From the NCBI RefSeq assembly GCF_009914755.1, contig NC_060929.1: a stretch of DNA of 64,000 nt; one strand, written 5' to 3'. A program made the translations under genes and the position numbers. Below are positions 1 through 16,419 of the stretch, piece after piece (positions within the stretch are counted from its first letter, which is position 1; the number at the start of each line of letters is the position of its first letter). This DNA is from the human T2T-CHM13v2.0 reference genome, Homo sapiens. The notes beneath the pieces are model-generated. The model ran no database searches. It saw only the letters and a program-made list of their open reading frames with translations, and was not told the DNA's origin.

Positions 1-563
1 GTTTGGCATCACTATCATTGATGAATTTATATACTACCTGGCTCTGAATTTATATGCTATCAATAAGCAGTTATTTTCTTACATTTATTCACACATAACT
101 ACTTAAGAGTAGAAATATGATCTACCATGCACAGAGTGAAAAAACAATGTGTTCAGTGTAACTAAGCAGCACAGAAGCATCAATGGAATGCCTGTATCAG
201 CTGTTAGCAAAAACAAACAATGCCAGGCTCTCAATCCCTATCTCGGATGCTGTGTTTTAATTAAAAGGTTACTGTATACTGCATTTTATTTTGTTTTTTG
301 GTGAGAAGAAGCATCAGAAGCAAGTGAAGGACCAGGAAGTGGGTCTCCTAGGAATGAGGAGGCATTCTGCTGGATGGCTTTTTAAAATGTCTGGGAGGGT
401 TATTCCTGCCTTGGGGACGTTGAATGAAATGTATTGTGCACATGCATTTTGACCTCATGTGCACAACATGAGGTCAGATGTGTCATTTTCTACTTGTGGT
501 GTCATACTGGTGCTCAAAAGGTTTCAGATGTTGTAGCATTTTGGATTTCAAATTTTCAACCTG
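1..563 (-). mobile_element. Tigger4/Zombi (MER46-type) TcMar DNA transposon fragment, truncated by the window edge
   Basis: Terminal motif 'catgaggtcagatgtgtcattttctacttgtggtgtcatactggtgctcaaaaggtttcagat...caacctg' followed by TA matches the Tigger4 terminal inverted-repeat region. Confidence 0.75.
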
Positions 564-566
564 TAT

Positions 567-1860
567 TCTGCAGTTTGTTTATTCATCCACTTGTTGACAG
601 ACATTTGGGTGGCTTCTGGTTTGGAGCTATTACAAATGAAGCTGCTATGAATATTGCGAAAGTCTTTTGGCACACATATTTTTGTGTTTCTTAGACAAAA
701 TACCTTGGAGAAGAATGGCTTGGTCATAGGGTAAATGTATGTTTAACTTTCTAAGAAGCAATTAAATTGTTCCCTAAAGTGATGGTTTCATTTTATATGC
801 CCACTAGCAATATATGAGAGGTACAGTTGCTCCATAATTTTGCCGACGCTTGCAATTATCAGTCTTCTTCTTTTTTTTAGAGCCAGGGTCTTATTCTGTC
901 ACCCATGCTGAAGTGCAGTGGTGCATTCATAACTCACTGCAGCCTTGAACTCCTGGCCTCAAGTGATCATCCCACCTTGGCCTCCGAAAGCACTGAGGTT
1001 ACAGGCGTGAGCCACTGCATCAGGCCTCGGTCTTAACTGTAGTCATTCAAGTGGGTGTGTCATGGTATCTCATTGTGATTGTAGTTTGCTTTTCCCCACG
1101 TCGCTGAGAATCTTTTTATGTATTTATTGTCCATTTGTATATCTTTTTTTTGATGTGTCTTCTTCAAACCATTTACCCATATTGGATTGTTTGTCTTCTC
1201 ATTAATGTTTTGTGTCCTGTATAAAATATTTTTGACTATGTCAAAGTCATGAATACTTTGTCTCTTGTTTTCTTCCAGAAGTTTTATAGGGTTGGCTTGT
1301 ATGTTTATGTATACAATTCATTTTGAATTAGTTTTTGTGTATGGCATAAGGTAAGAATTGGCATTCATTTTTTCCATATGAATATATAAATACTCCAGCA
1401 CCGTTTTACAAAAAGACTATCACTTACCTATTGAATTACCTTGGCACTTGTGTTAATAAAGTAATTTATCATATATGTAGGTCTATTTCTGAACTACATA
1501 CTTGGCTCCACTGATCGATGTGTCTGTATTTACACTAATGCCACATTCTCATGATTATTGTGGATTTATAATAAGTCTTAAAATCTGATAGTAAAAGTCC
1601 TCTAATTTTGTTTTTCCTTTTCAAAATAGTTAAAGAATCCTATGTTCTTTAAATTTGCATATAAACTTTAGACAAATGAGATAGACCATTTCTATTTTTA
1701 AAAATCCTGCTAAGATTTTGATTGGGATGATATTGATTGCATAGGTCAATTTCTGTCAGAGATGAGTTTTAGTTTTTAGCATATAGGTCTTACACATCTT
1801 TTGTTGAACTTATTTCTAAGAATCTTGTAGTTTTGATGTGATTATAAATTGTACTACATT
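567..1860 (-). mobile_element. Ancient L1M (L1ME/MC-class) 3' UTR and ORF2 remnant
   Basis: Antisense L1 hallmarks 'gacatttgggtggcttc...gctattacaaatgaagctgctatgaatatt', 'tggtatctcattgtg' and 'attttgattgggatgatattga'; highly diverged. Confidence 0.75.
867..1026 (-). mobile_element. FLAM (free left Alu monomer)
   Basis: About 150-bp monomeric Alu ending 'gagccactgcatcaggcc', with a T-tract and approximate TSD tcagtctt/tcggtctt. Confidence 0.85.
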
Positions 1861-4184
1861 TTAAAAATAAACATTTTATTTTAGAACAGTTTTAGATTTA
1901 CAGAAATACTACAAAAATAGTACAAAGAGTTTCCATATACCTCACACCCAATTTCCTCTATTATCAACATCTTACATTAGTGTGGTACATTGTTTACAAT
2001 TGATAAAGGAATTTTGATACATTATTATTAACTAAAGTCCACACATTATTCAGATTTCCTTTGTTTTATCTAATGTCCTTTGTCTGTCCAAGATCCAATA
2101 CAGGAAGCCATATTACATTTAGTAGTCATGTCTCCTGAACTCCTCATGCCTGTGACAGTTTCTCAGACTTACCTCATTTTCAGCACCTTTGACAGTTTTC
2201 ATGAGTATTGCTCAAATAGTTTGTAGAATGTCCTTCAATTGGAATTTGTCTGCTGTTTTACTAAAGATTAGACTGGAATTATGTGTTCTTGGAAGGAAGA
2301 TCACAGAGGTAAACTGCCATATTAATCACATCTTTTCAAGCGTATATACCAGCAACATGATTTATCACTGTTGGTGTTCATCTTGATCACCAGGCTGAGG
2401 CAGTGTGTGTCAGGATTCTTTACTATAAAGCTATTTTTTTTCCCTATTTCCAGGCCATATTTTTTGAAATTAAGTCACTATGTGCAGCCCACACTTAAGA
2501 GGTGGGAATGTATGCTCCCCTTCCTTGAAAGTGAAGTATTTGTGTGCGTTATGTGGAATTCGATTGCACAGTACATTTGTCTCTTGTCCCATTGATTTAT
2601 TTATGTTTTTATTTTATTTCAGTAAGGACTCATAGATATTTATTTTATACTTTGGGTTATAATCCAATACTACTTCATTTATCTCGCTGCTCAAAATTTT
2701 CCAGCCTTGGGGCATTGGGAGCTCTTTCATTTGGTTTCTTTGACCTTTTGAAATACCTCCATCATTGTGTACTTTTTTGTTGTTTTTTTAAAAAAGCATG
2801 TTCTTACATTCTGGCACCACAAGATGCTCAAGGTTCATCTTGTGTATCTTCTGACTAAGACATAGAATCAGTCATTTCTCCAAAGAACACTGGCTCCTTT
2901 TAATGGAGAATAATGTTAAAAACTAAGATCTGAATGCTAGGTGTGCTTGTTGGTACTACAAGGTGCTTTTCCTATATCTCAGCAGACAGAAGAAATATAT
3001 GTGTGTATACTAACCGACTAACTTGTGTAACCTATCATTTTTTTTTTTGTGTAGCCATCTATAACTATATGAAGCTAAACATGAGTTCACACTGATGTCT
3101 CCAACTCTAATTCTTTACCACCCAAATCCTTCTAGCCTCTTCCCCTTGCTCATCTGTAACTTCCCACTCCAGCAATAAGAAACCTGGATCCCGCCATCCA
3201 CCAAACCATTTACTTAATTATTAAATTCCAGTATACGTGTAAAACCCTATCAGAACTGGCCCATACTCCCATTAGAAATGACTTTATCAACTACAGCACA
3301 GTTTTTATGTACAATTTGTTTTGCCTTTAGTCTTACAGATTTAACTCATTTCGAAGTTACTTAGGTCAGCATCTTTTACCCCCAACTCCTTCAGCAAGGT
3401 TGTTTCATTCATTTGTAATACAGTTAATTATTTTGTTATATTCTACATTTTATCTTGGGATCTCCCAATTTCCTAGATAATTAAACAATTTGCATACATT
3501 AAGATTCACTCTTTGGGCTGTAACATTTGTTTTGACAAATGTATTGTGTCATATATTCACCATAACTGTGTCATATAGAATCATTTCACTACCCCGAAAA
3601 TACCCCCTGTGCTTCACCTGTTTAGCCCGAAACCCTACTCTTGAACCCCACACAACCACTGATAGGGTTATTATTGCTGTCATTTTGCCTTATCCAGAAT
3701 ATCTTATACTGTAATTGAAATCATTGTGTATGTGCCTTTTCAGACTGGCTCCTTTCACTTATCAATACCCACTTAAGATTCATTTATGTCTTCTTATAAC
3801 TTGATAACTCATTTGTTTTTATTGTTGAATAACATTCCATTGTATGGGGGTACCAATTTGTTTATATATTCACATATTGAAGGACATTTTGGTTGCTTCC
3901 AATTTTGTCTGATTACAAACAAAGCTACTATAAACATTTGTGCACAATTTTTGTGTGGATATAAGTTTCCAAATTAGTTTGGTAAACTCTTAAAAGTACA
4001 ATTGCTAGATTGTACATAAAACTATGTTTAGTTGTGTAAGAAACTGCCAAACTGTCTTCTAAAGTGCTGTGTCATTTAGATTTTCACTGATAATGAATGA
4101 GGGTTCCTTTCTCTTTAAACCAGAACTTTCAAATTTTAATTCAATAAAAAAAAAAGATCACTTTCAGAGCCACATCATGGTCTA

Positions 4185-4425
4185 TTTTCCCCCCAGCTTT
4201 ATTGAGGTATAACTGACAATAAACATTGTATATCTTTACACTGTACCATGTGATGTTTTGATATATGTTATGAAATGATAATCCCATTCAAGCTAACTAA
4301 CATATCCATATCTCACACAGTTATTTTTTGGTTGCTATTGTGGGAACATTTAGTATCTACACTTTTAGCAATTTTCAAGTATACAATACATCATTATTTA
4401 ACATAGTTACCATGCTGTACAATAG
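4185..4425 (-). mobile_element. 5'-truncated L1MA9-like 3' end nested in L1MC
   Basis: 'cccagctttattgaggtataactgacaat...catgctgtacaatag'; imperfect TSD atgagggttccttt (4097-4110) / atgagaattccttt (4426-4439). Confidence 0.75.
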
Positions 4426-4812
4426 ATGAGAATTCCTTTTATTCCACATTCTTGGCAGCCATTGGTATTGTCAGGGTTTTTGTTGTTGTTTTTTGTGTTT
4501 TGTTTCTTGGATTTTTGCCACTCTAATAAGTGTGTAGTGGTATCCCATTGTTGTTCTAATTTTCAATTCCTTAATGACATATGATGTCAAACATCTTTTT
4601 TCATGGTTATTTGCCATCTGTATATCTTTTTTGGTGAGGTCTTTGTTTATGGTTATTTGCCCTCTGTATATCTTTTTTGGTTGTTTGTTTTCTTATTGTT
4701 ATGCTTTAAGAGTCTTTTGTATACTTTGGATAAAAATCCTTTATCAAATTTTGTATTTTGAAAAATTTCCCCCTAATTTTTGCTTTGTCTTTTAATTCTA
4801 TCTCTCTCTGTC

Positions 4813-4967
4813 TTTTTTTTTCAATGAGGTTTCACTCTGTTGCTCAGGATGGAGTGCACTGACATAATCATAGCTCACTGCAACATCAAACTTCTGACCT
4901 CAAGCAATCATCTCACCTCAGCCTCCTGAGTAGCTGGGATTATAGGCTTGAGCCACTGGACCTGGCC
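4813..4967 (-). mobile_element. FLAM / AluJ-type monomer
   Basis: Monomeric, diverged Alu sequence with a T-tract. Confidence 0.8.
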
Positions 4968-5364
4968 TTTATTCTCTTAATAGCGACTTTCACAGCAAAC
5001 AAAAAATTTAATTCTAATAAGGTCCAACTTACTGACTTTTTTCTTTAATGAATCAGACTTTTGGCGTTATCTCTAAAAACTCATGACTAAACTCAAGATT
5101 ATCTAGATTTTCTCCTGTTTTCTGGTAGATATTTTGTAGTTTCGCAATTTAGGTCTATGATTTATTTTAAGTTAATTTTTGTGAAAAATATAAACTCTAT
5201 GTCTAGGTTCATTTGTTTGCATGTGGATATACATTTGTTCCCCCACCATTTACTGAAAAGATTATACTTTCTCCACTGACTTATTTGTGTGGGTCTATTT
5301 CTAGGCTCTCTATTCTGTTTGCTTGGTCTTTGTGTTTATTCTTTTGCCAATACCAACACTGTTT

Positions 5365-6770
5365 CAATTGTGGTTTTTGATTTGCATTTCCCTAATGACT
5401 AATGATGTTAAACATTTTTATAATATGCTTCTTGGCCATTTGTACATCTTCCATGGAGAAATGTCTATTTAAGGCTTTTGCTTATTTTTAAAAGAATTGA
5501 ATTCTCTGTCTTTTGTTGTAGAGTTTAAGATTTTAAAAATATTGCTAGATACTAGGCCCTTATCAGATATATAATTTTCAAATATTTTCTTTTAACTTGC
5601 TTGATATTGTTTTGTTTTCTGATGAGCAGTTTTTTATTTTGATAAAGTTGGATTTATCTATTTTTTTCTTTTGGTCTATATGATTCTGTTCTTACAATGG
5701 TATCGTAAGACACCATTGACAAATCTAGGTCATAACAATTTACCTCTATATTTTCTCCTAAAAATTTTACATTTAAGTCTATAATTCATTTTTACTTAAT
5801 TTTTGTATATGATGTAAAGTAGACGTTTAATTTCATTATTTTGATGTGGATATCCAGTTGTCCCAACACCATTTGTTGAAGGTACTATTCTTTCCCCATT
5901 GTATGGTCTTGACACTCTTATTTAAAATGAATTGGCCATAAATATGAGGGTATGGGTTTATTTCTAGACTCTCAATTTTATTCTGATGATTTATATGTTT
6001 ATCATTATGCCAATGCCAATACCACACTGCTTTGATTATGGTAGTTTGCTAGTAAGTTTTAAATTTGGAAATGTGAATCTTCCAACTTTGTTCTTCTTTT
6101 TCAATATTCAGGGCCCCATGTAATTTCATATGAATTTGAGAATCAGTTTATCTATTTCTGCAAAAAGGGCAGTTGGAATTTTAATAGAGATTACACTGAA
6201 TTGGTAGACCACTTTGGGAACTATTACCATCTTAACAATATTAAGTCTTCCAACCTATAAATACAGGTTATCTTTTCACTTATTTAGGTCTTTAATTACA
6301 GCAGTGTTTTGTAGTTTTCTGTGGACAAGTCTTGCACTCTCTTGGTTGAATTTATTCCTAAGCATTTTATTCTTTTTGATGCTATTGTAAATTAAATTTT
6401 TTCATTTCGCTTTTTGCATTAATGTTAATGTGTAAAAGTACAACTGACTTTGTATATTAATCTTATATCCTATAACTTTGCCAAACTCATTTACTAGCTC
6501 TAATAGTTTTTCTTTTTTTGGTGATGGCTTTACGGTTTCCACCTACATAAAATTATTTTACTTCTTCCTTATGATCTGGGTGTCTTTGATTTCTTTTTCT
6601 TGCCTAAATGTCATAGCCAGAACTCCCATTAATTACAATGTTGAATATAAAAGACAAGAGACTACACCTTTGTCCTTTTCCTAATTCTATGGGAAAAGCT
6701 TTCAGTCTTTCACCATTAAGTATGAAGTTAGCCATGAGATTTTAGTAGATGCCCTTTATCAGATTAAGTT
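5365..6770 (-). mobile_element. Old L1M ORF2 fragment
   Basis: ORF 5836-6027(-) 'WYW...NPYPHIYGQFILNK...WGKNSTFNKWCWDNW' is L1 ORF2p C-terminal sequence. Confidence 0.8.
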
Positions 6771-6779
6771 TCCTAATTT

Positions 6780-8535
6780 TTAATTTAGTACTACTGTGGT
6801 TTGAGGCCATATTATGTACTATCTTTTGAAATTCATTAATATTTCTTTTTGGTCCAGGTTATAGTCTATCTTGGTGAATATTCCATGTGTGCACCTGAAA
6901 AATTTGTATTTTCAAGTGGTTGGGAGAAGTGTTCTATATTAAGTCAAATTGGTTAATAATGTTTTTCATGTCTTTTATATCTTTAATGATATTTTTGTAC
7001 ACCTATTGTTATCAATTATTGGCAGCTGCTAAAATCTCTATAATTGTCAATTTCTCTTTTTCCCCTTTTAGTTCTATTCATTTTTGTTTCACAAACTTTG
7101 ATGCTCTATTATTAGATGTGTATGTGTTTAGGATTGTTTATCTTTCTGATAAATTGCCCCCTTTTATTGTTTTTATGTCTCTTGTGATTGATAATCTATT
7201 TTGCATAAATGTATCATAGTTTTTGCAACATACTCTTGATATTGAAATTTTTGTTTTATAGGCACTCTAGTTTTCTTTGATTACTGTTTGCATGGCATAT
7301 CTTTTCCCATCCTTTTATTTTCAATCTATATGTATCTTTTCATTTACAATGCACGGGCTATAATTTTTGAGCCAGTCTGACATTTTCTATCTTTAATTTA
7401 AAGAGTTTAGTTTACTTACATTCTATGTAAATATTGTTACTGGTATAGTTGGTTTAAGTTTAGCATCGTGCCATTTTTCCTTATTTGTTTCTTCTGTTTT
7501 TATTCTTCTGTTTCTCCTTTATTCCTTTCTTTTGAATATTCTTTAAATTCCATTGTATTTTTTCTATTTGATTAATTGTATCTCTTTTTAGTTTTACTTT
7601 CAGCTTTTAGTAGTTTATTTTAGGATTGTAATATAGATATTTAATATATTACTAATTTCAAATCAGCATAGAACTACTTCACAGCTTAAACCTGATGTCT
7701 AACATTTTTTGCTTTATACTTTGTACTTCCTACTTCATCAGACACTTCTGATTTCTGACTTCCTGCTTTATAAGTGTAATAACCTTACAACAGTATAATT
7801 CCACTTACTAATGCTGCTGTCCTTTTTGCTACTATTCTCATATTGTTTACTTCTATATAGTTTATAAACCTCACCTTACAGTGTTTCATTTTTTATTTTT
7901 TTGCTTTAGACACTTAGCTGTTTTGCAAGAAAATTGTTAGAGGAAAAACAGTCATAGCTTTTATATTTACACACTTATTCACAACTTCTGGTGTTCTTTG
8001 TTTCCTGCACTTTCAAGTTCCCATCTAGTATCCTTTCCATTTACCCTGAAGAACATCCTTTAGTGTTTCCCACAGTACGGCTTTGCTGGTGCTGAATGAT
8101 AAGTTTCCATTTCCCTGAAAAGTCTTTATTTTACTCTTGTTTGATGGGCTATTTTCGCTGGATATAGAATTCTGAGTTGCATTTTTTTAAAAATTACTTT
8201 AATGATGTTGTTCTTTGACTCCTGGCCTCCACTGTTTCTGAGAAGTCAGTGATCATTCACATTTTGATTTTTTCCCTTATGCATGTTTTTATTCCCTCTC
8301 TCTGGCTGTTTTCAATATTTTCTCCTTATTTTTGTTTCTAATATTTCTACCACAATGTACTTAGATGTGATTTGTTTTTGTGTTTATACCTCTTGGGCTT
8401 GCTTAAATTTCTCAGATCTATAAGTTTATTTTAAAAATCACATTTGGGAATATTTCAGCTATTACTTTTAAAAATATTTTTTCTGCCCCATTTTTTACTC
8501 TCATCTACTTTTGGACCCTTATTACTAATAAGTTT
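6780..8535 (-). mobile_element. Ancient L1M ORF2 5' end/ORF1 remnant, continuing at 10142-10227 and 17961-19135
   Basis: Antisense L1 motifs 'tctatcttggtgaatattccatgtg', 'ttttcgctggatatagaattctgagttg' and 'tttgggaatatttcagctatta'; sequence is collinear across the LTR12C and L1PB1 insertions. Confidence 0.7.
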
Positions 8536-10141
8536 TGAGAGGTGACAGCGTGCTGGCAGTCCTCACAGGCCCTTGCTCTCTCTCGGCACCTCCTCTGCCT
8601 GGGCTCCCACTTCGGTGGCACTTGAGGAGCCCTTCAGCCCACCACTGCACTGTGGGAGCCCCTTTCTGGGCTGGCCAAGGCCGGAGCCAGCTCCCTCAGC
8701 TTGCAGGGAGGTGTGGAGGGAGAGGCGTGAGAGGGAACTGGGGCTGCGCATGGCACTTGAGGGCCAGTTGGAGTTCCGGGTGGGTGTGGGCTTGGTGGGC
8801 CCCACACTCGGAGCAGCCGGCGGGCCCTACCAGCCCCGGGCAATGAGGGGCTTAGCACCCGGGCCAGCGGCTGCAGAGGGTGTACTGGGTCCCACAGCAG
8901 TGCCAGCCCACCAGCACTGCCCTCGATTTCTCACTGGGCCTTAGCTGCCTTCCCATTGGGCAGGGCTTGGGACCTGCAGCCCATCATGCCTGAGCCTCCC
9001 ACCCACTCCATGGGCTCCCCGTGCGGCCCAAGCCTCCCTGATGAGCACCGCCCCCTGCTCCATGGCACCCAGTCCCATCGACCACCCAAGGGCCGAGGAG
9101 TGCGGGCGCATGGCAAGGGACTAGCAGGCAGCTCCACCTGCAGCCCCGGTGCGGGATCCACTGGGTGAAGCCAGCTGGGCTCCTGAGTCTGGTGGAGACG
9201 TGGAGAACCTTTATGTCTAGCCCAGGGATTGTAAATACACCAATCGGCATTCTGTATCTAGCTCAAGGTTTGTAAACACACCAATCAGCACCCTGTGTCT
9301 AGCACCAATTGAATGCACCAGGGTTTGTGAATGCACAAATTGACACTCTGTATCTAGCTACTCTGGTAGGGCCTTGGAGAACCTTATGTCTAGCTCAGGG
9401 ATTGTAAATACACCAATCAGCACTCTGTATCTAGCTCAAGGTTTGTAAACATACCAATCAGCACCCTGTGTCTAGCTCAGGGTTTGTGAATGCACCAATC
9501 GACACTCTGTATCTAGCTACTCTGGTGGGGCCTTGGAGAACCTTTGTGTGGACGCTCTGTATCTAGCTAATCTGGTGGGGACATGGAGAACCTTTGCGTC
9601 TAGCTCAGGGATTATAAACGCACCAATCAGCGCCCTGTTAAAACAGACCACTCAGCTCTACCAATCAGCAGGATGTGGGTGAAGCCAGATAAGAGAATAA
9701 AAGCAGGCTGCCCGAGGCAGCAGTGGCAAACTGCTCGGGTCCCCTTCCACACTGTGGAAGTGTAGTTCTTTCGCTCTTTGCAATAAATCTTGCTACCGCT
9801 CACTCTTTGGGTCCACACTGCCTTTATGAGCTGTAACACTCACCGCGAAGGTCTGCAGCTTCACTCCTGAAGCCCGTGAGACCACGAGCCCACCAGGAGG
9901 AAGGAACAACTCCAGACACGCCGCCTTAAGAGCTGTAACACTCACTGCGAAGGTCTGCAGCTTCACTGCTGAACCAGCGAGACCGCGAACCCACCAGAAG
10001 GAAGAAACTCTGAACACATCTGAACATCAGAAGGAACAAACTCCGGACACGCCACCTTTAAGAACTGTAACACTCACCGCGAGGGTCCGCGGCTTCATTC
10101 TTGAAGTCAGTGAGACAAAGAACCCACCAATTCCAGACACA
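8536..10141 (+). mobile_element. LTR12C solo LTR of HERV9 (ERV1)
   Basis: Starts TGAGAGGTGACAGCGTGCTGGCAG and ends AATTCCAGACACA; GC-rich U3, CCAAT tandem array and U5 repeats 'gctgtaacactcaccgcgaaggtctgcagcttcact'; approximate 4-bp TSD gttt/gttc. Confidence 0.97.
9190..9730 (+). promoter_or_regulatory. LTR12C enhancer/promoter: tandem CCAAT (NF-Y) repeats, GATA site and TATA-like AATAAAA
   Basis: CCAAT at 9240, 9281, 9305, 9413, 9454, 9495, 9623 and 9661; AGATAAG 9687-9693; AATAAAA 9696-9702; matches the known ERV9 LTR promoter architecture. Confidence 0.75.
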
Positions 10142-11649
10142 GTTCGATGATTTCTCACAGGTCCCTGGGTCTATTATTACTTTTCCCTAAGTTTTACCCC
10201 TTTATTCTTCAAATTGGGTAATTTTGAGATGGATTGAGCAGAGATCATGGTGGATAGGAGGCAGGACTAGATTGCAGCTCCATACATAGCAGCGGGCAGA
10301 GGTTCACGCTGTGAATTTTAGCTCCAGATCAACTGCAAGAACAAACCAGCAATCCTGAGAGGACCCACAGACCCTCTGAAGGAAGTGGACCGCTCTTACA
10401 GGACCCAGGAGAGCCCCCACCCCCAAAACTGTGAGTGCCCCAACTGCAGAAGTGGGAAAGGGAGACCTTCCTCCTCTCCCGAACACACCCCTCACTGGAG
10501 AAGATGAAGGTCTCTTTGCGGGAGACGTTTCTGACTTTACCTGGAGCTGAGTCAATTTGGAGAGCCAGCGAAATACAGGGGTAGAGGAAGCAGCAGAAAG
10601 GCCCTGGGTGCTCACCGCATCCCCTAGCAGGCCATCTCTGCCTGGCACCACGGGGAAACAGGAGAGGAACAGGGGGTAAAATTACACAGGGAGAAGTAAA
10701 TCTCTAGCTGAACTTTGTAAAAATTTGAACAGGGTGAGAAGCCTGCTGGACAGAACTCAGGGGAGGACTCCACAGGTGATGGAAGAACCAAGTCCTTTTC
10801 TTTCAAAACTGGGAGGCGGATAGCCTGGGACAGGTTTTCAAGCCGGTGGTATAGTTCTCCACCTGGAAACCGTCTAGGGGCTGTTGGCGGGGGACAGTGG
10901 GAATGAGACCAGCCCTTTGGTTTGTGTGGGAGCCAGATGAGGCCTATGACTGCCAGCTTTCCCCCATTTCCTTGACAACCTGCCTGACTCAGCAGAGGCA
11001 GACATAATCCTTTTAGGTACACAACTCCAGTGACCTGGGAATCTCACCCTCATCCCCCACTGAATCTGCAGCAAGACCCACCAAAGGAGAGTCTGAGATC
11101 AGACATGCCTAGCCCCGCCCCCACCTGATGGTTCTTTCCTACCCACCCTGGTAGCAGAAGACAAAGGGCATATAATCTTGAGAGTTCTAGGGCCCTGCCC
11201 ACCGCTGGTTCCTCCCCATTATACCACAGCTGATGCCCTCTGGAAAGCGCCACCTCCTGGCAGTAGGACAACCAGCACAAAAACAGAACGTTAAACCACC
11301 AAAGCTAAGAACCCCATGTAGTTCATTGCATTCCCTGCCACCTCCACTGGAACAGGCACTGGTATCCACAGCTGAGAGGCTCATAGATGGTTCACATCAC
11401 AGCACTCAGCGCAGACAACCCCCAGTACCAGCCCAGAGCCAAGTAGAGTCACTGGGCGGCTAGGCCCAGAAGAGACAACAATCACTGCAGTTTGGCTCAC
11501 AGAAAGCCACATCCAAAGGAAAAGGGGGAGAGTACTACATCAGGGGAACATCCCATGGGACAAAAGAATCTGAGGAGCCTTCGGCCCTAGACCTCCCCTC
11601 TGACAGAGTCTGCCCAAATGAGAAAGAACCAGAAAAACAACCCTAGTAA

Positions 11650-12645
11650 TATGACAAAACAAAGCTCTTCAACACCCCCCTAAAATCACACTAGTTCACC
11701 AGCAATGGATCCAAACCAAGGAGAAATCCCTGACTTACCTGAAAAAGAATTCAGGAGGTTAGTTAGTAAGCTAATCAGGGAGGGACAAGAGAAAGGCGAA
11801 GTCCAATGCAAGGAAATTCAAAATATGATACAAGAAGTAAAGGGAGAAATATTCAAGGAAATTGATAGCTTAAAGAAAAAACAATAAAAAATTCAGGAAA
11901 CTTTTGACATGCTTTTAGAAATTTTAGATGCTCTGGAAAGTCTCAGCAATAGAATTGAACAAGTAGAAGAAAGAAATTCAGAGCTCGAGGACAAGGTCTT
12001 TGAATTAACCCAATTCAACAAAGACAAAGAAAAAAGAATAAGAAAATATAAACAAAGCCTCCAAGAAGTCTTGGATTATGTTAAACGACCAAACCTAAGA
12101 ATAACTGGTATTCCTGAGGAAGAAGAGAATTCTAAAAGCTTGGAAAACATATTTGGGGGAATAATTGAGGAAAACTTCCACAGCCTTGCTAGAGACCTAA
12201 ACATCCAAATACAAGAAGAACAAATAACACCCGGGAAATTCATTGCAAAAAGATCTTTGCCTGGGCATGTTGTTTGCAGGCTATCCAAAGTTAAGACAAA
12301 GGAAAGAATTTTAAGACCTGTGAGGCAAAAACACCAGGTAACCTATAAAGGAAAATCTATCAGATTAACAGCAGATTTCTCAGCAGAAACTCTAGAAGCT
12401 AGAAGGGATTGATGCCCTATCTTCAGCCTCCTCAAACAAAACAATTATCAGCCAGGAATTTTGTATCTAACAAAACTAAGCATCATGTATGAAGGAAATA
12501 CACAGTCTTTTTCAGACAAACAAATGCTGAGAGAATTTGCTATTACCAGGCCACCGCCACAAGAACTGTTTCTAAATCTTAAAACAAACCCTGAAAACAC
12601 ATCAGAACAGAACCTCTTTAAAGGATAAATCACATAGGACCTATA
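11650..12645 (+). pseudogene. Disrupted L1 ORF1p (coiled coil, RRM, CTD)
   Basis: ORF-track fragments 11705-11887 and 11909-12412 ('RIEQVEERNSELEDK...YVKRPNLRITGIPE...VTYKGKSIRLTADFSAETL') separated by stops and frameshifts. Confidence 0.9.
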
Positions 12646-12718
12646 AAACAAAAATACAAGTTAAAAGGCAAAAACAAAAACCAAACAAAAACAAAGGACA
12701 CAGGCAACAAAGAGCACA

Positions 12719-16018
<3,300 letters not shown>

Positions 16019-16419
16019 GAAGACTATTATTCTAAGTGAAGTAATTCAGAAATAAAAAACCAAACATCATATGTTCTCACTGATACCTGGGAGCTAAGCT
16101 ATGAGGTCTCAAAGGCATAAGAATAACAAAATGGACTTTGGGGACTTGGGGGGAAGAGTGGGAGGGTGGTGAGGGATAGAAGACTACAAACGGTGCAGTG
16201 TATATTGCTTGGGTGATGGGTGCACAAAAATCTCACAAATCACCACTAAAGAACTTACTCGTGTAACAAATACTACCTGTACCCCCACAACTTATGGAAG
16301 AATTTAAAAAAAAAAAAAAGAATGACAGATTTATCTAATGGGAATAGAGGCTACAGGCTATACCTGGCTCTTATTTCAGCTGTTAAGCTAGGCTATGAGC
16401 GCTTTTAAAAGCAAGCTCC

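Larger units (their letters stand above)
1866..5360 (-). mobile_element. L1MC (L1MC3/4-like) long 3' UTR plus ORF2 end
   Basis: 3' end 'ttttattttagaacagttttagatttacagaaa...gagtttccatatacc...aacatcttacattag' is typical of L1MC; continues into antisense ORF2 sequence. Confidence 0.7.

Noticed and set aside
9190-9680. Regularly spaced repeats resembling a CRISPR array
   Set aside because: They are the known tandem U3 enhancer repeats of LTR12C; there are no unique spacers or cas genes, and the DNA is primate
8535-10017. Cluster of overlapping 70-123 aa ORFs
   Set aside because: A by-product of GC-rich, stop-poor LTR12C sequence; no protein homology
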